Position numbers and translations under genes: made by a program | In this document: positions 15,061 to 19,193 of the stretch, piece by piece | Layout: each line of letters begins with the position of its first letter | Position numbering within the stretch: the first letter of the stretch is position 1 | Source: Verrucomicrobiales bacterium | GTDB lineage: Bacteria; Verrucomicrobiota; Verrucomicrobiia; Verrucomicrobiales; SLCJ01 | Direction of reading: 5' to 3' | DNA length: 19,193 bases | NCBI GenBank assembly: GCA_046075565.1 | Contig: JBJTQJ010000027.1 | Coordinates: 1 to 19,193 of the forward strand | Notes under the pieces: generated by a model | The model's input: only the letters and a program-made list of their open reading frames with translations | What the model was told of the DNA's origin: nothing | Database searches by the model: none

Positions 15061-16266
15061 TTATTCCTTCTTCTCCCCTTCCTCGGCGGCTTTCTTTTCT
15101 TCCTCGGCCTTTGCATCTTCCTCGGCGGCCTTTTTGTCTTCCTCTTCTTCCTTCTTTATCTCCTCGTGCTCTTTGATTTGAGCGCTGAATTCCTGCATGG
15201 TCATTCTCTCCGGCGCTTTCCGTCCTTCTTCGGTACGGTATTCCGCCATGTCTTCCGCGAGAATGACTTTGGCCGTGCGGTGGTTGGCGTCGAGCATGGC
15301 CTGGACTTGGGAGCGCTCTTCCTTCAGGACAGCAAGCACGTAGGCATTGGACTTGGTGCGTTCGATCAAACCGAGTTTGTCACGCAGGGGTGATTTGACC
15401 GCGGCCACCAGAGCGGCGATGGCCCCGACCAGAAAACCGATCACGACGAGCACCCAAGAAGGAAGCAGTCGTTGGGGTGGCGCTGCGTGGCCATGATGGA
15501 TCGGGAGGACTTGGGAGGTGTGGCCATGGGGCGAGGGAAGACCAACCTGAAGCCGGGTGGTCTGGCCGGTCGGTGTGCGCACCTGCTGGGTGACGCGACG
15601 TGTGGCCGGACGATCGGAATGCGGCGAGGTAAGGGGCGTGGGCACACGGCTGGAGGCCGGACGCATGGGAACTGCCATTGGCACGTAGCCAACTTCTTCC
15701 GCCGGCTGTTCCTCGTATTCCGGCTCGTATTGTTGTTCCTTCTGTTCGCCGTATTGCCCCTCGGCATTAACTTCGGCCTGCTGGACTTCCTGCTCGAATT
15801 CCACGGGCTCTTCCCAAACCGCCTCGGGGGATACGGGCACGGCTTCTACGGGTGGCTCCTCGCCGGCGGCTTGCCAATCGGCAGGTGGTCCGAGCCGACG
15901 GGGGGCAAGGTCTTTTAACTCGGCCGGAGCGGCTCGCAATTCCGGCGGTCGGCCGGATTCAGCCGCTGGTTCCCAAGCTTCGGCCGGAGCGGAAAGAAAA
16001 TCTTCCGTGCCTTCGACGGGGATACCCACCGCCACTTCTTCGGATGCGTAGGTCGCTTCGACCGGTTCCTCGTAAACGACATTCTCCGCCACCGGGATTT
16101 CTTCCACGGGCGCTTCTTCCAGAGGTTGAGGCGGCGGTGTATTGGGATCGACGATTCCAATGCCGGGCAATACAATTTTTGGTCGCGCGGGCCCCTCGGC
16201 TGCTCCCGGCAAAACGAGCCGGGGACGGCGCGGGGCATCTCCTTGGGAATCCGGGGAACTGGACAT
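15061..16266 (-). CDS. Hypothetical single-pass membrane protein with a long acidic/Pro-rich disordered N-terminus and charged helical C-terminus
   Basis: ATG 16266 (401 aa, MSSSPDSQ) preferred over TTG 16305. E/P/A/V-rich N-terminal two-thirds, TM WVLVVIGFLVGAIAALVAAV, E/K-rich tail. Confidence 0.8.
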   Translation of the reverse strand: MSSSPDSQGDAPRRPRLVLPGAAEGPARPKIVLPGIGIVDPNTPPPQPLEEAPVEEIPVAENVVYEEPVEATYASEEVAVGIPVEGTEDFLSAPAEAWEPAAESGRPPELRAAPAELKDLAPRRLGPPADWQAAGEEPPVEAVPVSPEAVWEEPVEFEQEVQQAEVNAEGQYGEQKEQQYEPEYEEQPAEEVGYVPMAVPMRPASSRVPTPLTSPHSDRPATRRVTQQVRTPTGQTTRLQVGLPSPHGHTSQVLPIHHGHAAPPQRLLPSWVLVVIGFLVGAIAALVAAVKSPLRDKLGLIERTKSNAYVLAVLKEERSQVQAMLDANHRTAKVILAEDMAEYRTEEGRKAPERMTMQEFSAQIKEHEEIKKEEEEDKKAAEEDAKAEEEKKAAEEGEKKE

Positions 16267-16359
16267 TCTCTCATCAAACCACCGCCGCGCTGGGAACGCA
16301 AGCAAGACCTGTCGGGAATCAAAAAATTGGGAGCCCTACGGCCAATATTCCGCAACTCC

Positions 16360-17883
16360 TCACGGCGGCGGAGCTACCGGCGAGTCCGGAGCAGACGGGG
16401 TCGTTCCCTGGGCGGCGGCTTCGGCGGCCTTGCGTTTGGCTTCTTCTTCCGCGCGGAGTTTTTCCGCTTCGGCCTTCAGCCGCGCTTCCTCCTCGGCCTT
16501 GCGTTTCGCCTCTTCTTCCGCCTTGCGTTTGGCTTCGCGTTCCGCGGCCATGCGGGCGAGGATATCTTCCCAGACATGGAGTTTGGTTCCTTCACCAAGA
16601 CCACCGATTTCGCCGAGCAGGGCCAGGCAACGCGCGTGCATGGCCGCGAGGTCAGGCGCGGTCTTCACTTCTTCGGCCGTGCCGGGAAAAACCAGATAAG
16701 TAGCCTTGAGGTCGTTGATCGGGCGACGATAAGGATTGGTGCGGGAATCAATTTCCTTGCCGATGCGCAACGATGCCTCGCCCACTTTGAAGTCGGGTCC
16801 GGCATCGCCGAGGATGGCGGGAAACACACGCCCGTTGTGGATGATGACCGCATAGTCGCCGACACGGGCGGCATAGTCGGTGGCGCTCCGATCGGTGATG
16901 ATGAAAACCGGCAAGACCATGAAGGGATCGTATTCGGCGATGAGGAAGCTGCGGCGCTTGAGATCGGCGATGGTAGCGGTCGCGGTGTCGATGGAGCTCT
17001 TCAGCTCTCGGTTTCGTTCCGCGCTGAGTCCCTTCACGGCGTATTCTTCCTTCGCTTTTTTCAGGCGATTCTCGATGCCCGCGATGAGCGGGTTGGCCAC
17101 GTCGGTCTTCTTCGGCCAACCGTAACTGGTTGTCGGCTGGTAGAACGCGGACTCGACGATCTCCTTCGGCATTTCGGGCAGGCGATCCCCATCGGAGCCA
17201 TCGCTCACCACATCCATCTCGGCTTGCAGGAGCAAAACCTTGCGCCCGCTTTCCGGGTGCTTGAGTTCAAGAAAGGTCTCGCAATCGAAATAGTTGTGGC
17301 GGGAGAGCAACCGGTTTAACTCGTAGAGATCCCGTTGCAGGCGCGCCTCCTTGTTCGCGTAGAGTTTTTCAAAGTAGGGAGAGACCTTGGCCTGCGTCAT
17401 CATGTCGGCGAGACCAGGTAGAATCGTGGGCAGGCTGTTCTCGGTGGCGGTCAAACGTTCCAAGGTGGTCACGGGTTTCGGAGCGCGCACGGAAAGGGTC
17501 AGGGAAACCGCGAAACTATCCTCATCCACCCTTTCCTTCGATGCGGCGCCTCCCTGTTGTTTGTCCACGATCGCTTTCAAGCGGATGCCGTTGTAGAGTG
17601 TGCGGGCGTCGTAGGAATCACCGGCCCTATCGTTGCCCTGTGTGCCGCCGACCGGCACCTCCACTTCCCGCGTGACTTCCCTTGTCACCTCTCGATCGAC
17701 GACCCTTTCCTCGATCTTCACTTCGGTCTTGCGGAAGGCTTTTGCAATTTTCTCCAGGGCACGGGTGCCCCGTCCGGTGGAAAGCGCGATCATTCCTAAC
17801 AGAACGGCACTTGCCACGCTCCCGAGGGCGAGCAATACGAGCCAGCGTCCGCGCGGGGGAACGCCATGGCGGGGGTAATCCAT
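16360..17883 (-). CDS. Membrane-anchored glycoside hydrolase family 75 (chitosanase-like) protein
   Basis: 507 aa with an N-terminal TM. MDVVSDGSDG, PFMVLP and VGDYAVIIHNGRVFPAILGDAGPDFKVGEAS match the GH75 pattern (MDxDxDG ... GD...GEAS). C-terminal AEEEAKRK repeats. Confidence 0.82.
   Translation of the reverse strand: MDYPRHGVPPRGRWLVLLALGSVASAVLLGMIALSTGRGTRALEKIAKAFRKTEVKIEERVVDREVTREVTREVEVPVGGTQGNDRAGDSYDARTLYNGIRLKAIVDKQQGGAASKERVDEDSFAVSLTLSVRAPKPVTTLERLTATENSLPTILPGLADMMTQAKVSPYFEKLYANKEARLQRDLYELNRLLSRHNYFDCETFLELKHPESGRKVLLLQAEMDVVSDGSDGDRLPEMPKEIVESAFYQPTTSYGWPKKTDVANPLIAGIENRLKKAKEEYAVKGLSAERNRELKSSIDTATATIADLKRRSFLIAEYDPFMVLPVFIITDRSATDYAARVGDYAVIIHNGRVFPAILGDAGPDFKVGEASLRIGKEIDSRTNPYRRPINDLKATYLVFPGTAEEVKTAPDLAAMHARCLALLGEIGGLGEGTKLHVWEDILARMAAEREAKRKAEEEAKRKAEEEARLKAEAEKLRAEEEAKRKAAEAAAQGTTPSAPDSPVAPPP
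16411..16548 (-). repeat. AEEEAKRK-type charged helical repeat at the GH75 C-terminus
   Basis: GCCTTGCGTTT(G/C)GC(T/C)TC occurs at 16427, 16496 and 16520 on the + strand. Protein AAEREAKRKAEEEAKRKAEEEARLKAEAEKLRAEEEAKRKAAEAAA. Confidence 0.85.
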
Positions 17884-17917
17884 GGTAGCGTTGGTTTGTT
17901 AGATCTCGACGGGCGCC

Positions 17918-18724
17918 TCAGGCGCCCTCCGGACGGCGGGGACGACGCCCCATGAGGGCGCGGACGGCGAACATGGGGAGCAATCCGACCGCGAGCGCGG
18001 CGGCCCCGACGAGCAGACCGGGGAAATGGCGCGCTTTGTCGGCCACGAGCGCGGCCAGCGCCTCTTTCACCACCCGTTCGGAGGAAATCGCGAAGAAGTG
18101 ATTGCCGGGTATGCCGGCCGAGCCGTTACCGGGACGACGCGCCACCTCGCCGAACTCCGTCGCCACCGGACCGGGACAAAGCGCGAGCACGCGGATGTTG
18201 TATTCCCTCGCTTCGAGCCGGATGGCTTCGGAAAAGCTCGTCACATAGGCCTTGGTCGCGGCGTAAACGGCGAAATCGGGAATGGGAAGAATGGAAGCGA
18301 GCGAGCTCACATTGATGATGCTGCCGCCGCCCATTTCGCGCATGGCCGGGATCACGGAATGGCAAAGCCGTGTGACCGCGCGGACGTTCACTTTCAACAT
18401 CGCCTCGATACGGTCCCACGGGCCGGTGGCAAATTCCCCGTAATCCCCGAGCCCGGCGTTATTGACCAACAAATCGGGCACCAGCCCTTGCATAGCCAGT
18501 CCGCTCACCAGCGATTCGAGCGAAGCGTCGTCCGACAGATCCGCCTCGAAGACGTGCACGTCGAGGCCGGGGTTCGCTCCCCGCAACGACCGGGCGAGGT
18601 CGAGCAGGCGGGAGCGCCGCCGGGCCACCAGCACAAGGCGGCGGCAAAGCGGGGCGAGTTGGTGCCCGAACTCCTCGCCAATACCGGCGGAGGCTCCGGT
18701 GATGAGGGCGGTGTCGAATCGCAT
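17918..18724 (-). CDS. Short-chain dehydrogenase/reductase (classical SDR, probably NADP(H)-preferring)
   Basis: 268 aa. TGASAGIG, LVLVARR, NNAG, NVSS, YAATK and CPGPVATEF motifs. Confidence 0.95.
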   Translation of the reverse strand: MRFDTALITGASAGIGEEFGHQLAPLCRRLVLVARRRSRLLDLARSLRGANPGLDVHVFEADLSDDASLESLVSGLAMQGLVPDLLVNNAGLGDYGEFATGPWDRIEAMLKVNVRAVTRLCHSVIPAMREMGGGSIINVSSLASILPIPDFAVYAATKAYVTSFSEAIRLEAREYNIRVLALCPGPVATEFGEVARRPGNGSAGIPGNHFFAISSERVVKEALAALVADKARHFPGLLVGAAALAVGLLPMFAVRALMGRRPRRPEGA

Positions 18725-18727
18725 GGC

Positions 18728-19156
18728 TCAGCTCTCGGGTGGGGCCGGTTCGGCCGGGTTTTCACTGGCAATCTGCACGACCCGGAGCGGGATCTCCGCG
18801 AGCGAGCGGTTGCCGTTGGCGATCTGGATGGCGTATTCCCCGGGCTGTGGGAAACCGAGGCCCTGCAAATTGATGATCATGTTCCGGGTGAGGAACGAGA
18901 CCTCGGCACCGAGGCGGATATTGATATGCGGCTCGATGGGTGGCACCACGGGCTGTCCGTCGGCGTTGAGCAGCCGAATGTTCAGCTTGTGCTCGCCCTC
19001 GTCCTCCGAGGAAAGGCAAAACCGCAGGGCCAGAGCGCACTGCTGATGCACGACGGGAAACTGGCGGGCATAGAGGGTGTCCCGCACCCCAATAAGGTTC
19101 AACGTGCCACCGTAATCTCCGGCGGCGTCACATAAGACGGCAACGAGTAATTCCAT
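18728..19156 (-). CDS. DUF6941-like small beta-sandwich protein
   Basis: LCDAA...GTLNLIG..DT..A..FP and FPQPGEYAIQI patterns. ATG 19156 (142 aa); GTG 19162 is an alternative. Stop lies 3 nt before the SDR start. Confidence 0.75.
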   Translation of the reverse strand: MELLVAVLCDAAGDYGGTLNLIGVRDTLYARQFPVVHQQCALALRFCLSSEDEGEHKLNIRLLNADGQPVVPPIEPHINIRLGAEVSFLTRNMIINLQGLGFPQPGEYAIQIANGNRSLAEIPLRVVQIASENPAEPAPPES

Positions 19157-19193
19157 GCTCACCGCATAGGGCGGAACTGGCCCCGCCGCAAGT

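Noticed and set aside
16273-16301. Minus-strand TTGCGT-N17-TTTGAT promoter 6 nt before ATG 16266
   Set aside because: Spacing is attractive, but the -10 lacks the near-invariant A at position 2. Not supportable without TSS data.

Overview
This is a GC-rich bacterial chromosomal segment. Gene content and start codons that mostly lack Shine-Dalgarno motifs suggest Verrucomicrobiota/PVC (inference). It holds 14 likely genes. Mn-type superoxide dismutase (sodA) and its terminator come first. A tightly packed six-gene cell-envelope operon follows (881-9874): a DUF4175-like membrane/Ig/coiled-coil protein, a secreted Gln/Gly/Pro-rich helical partner, a secreted QW-repeat prenyltransferase/squalene-oxidase-type alpha-barrel, and three tandem secreted paralogues sharing a '2 small beta repeats + lectin-like beta-sandwich + 2 small beta repeats' architecture. 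Next are alanine racemase (alr, minus strand), a small secreted protein, a stand-alone HerA/DUF87-like ATPase, a ~170-bp REP/MITE-like palindromic element carrying a nested hairpin insertion, and a 4-TM membrane protein. A minus-strand run ends the window: DUF6941-like protein, SDR oxidoreductase, membrane-anchored GH75 (chitosanase-like) protein and a disordered acidic membrane-anchored protein. I saw no rRNA, tRNA, CRISPR array or transposase. The best candidates for something undescribed are the six-gene envelope operon, especially the three paralogues with 12 Sm-like repeats in total, and the nested palindromic element. Family names come from motif recognition by eye, not from database searches.
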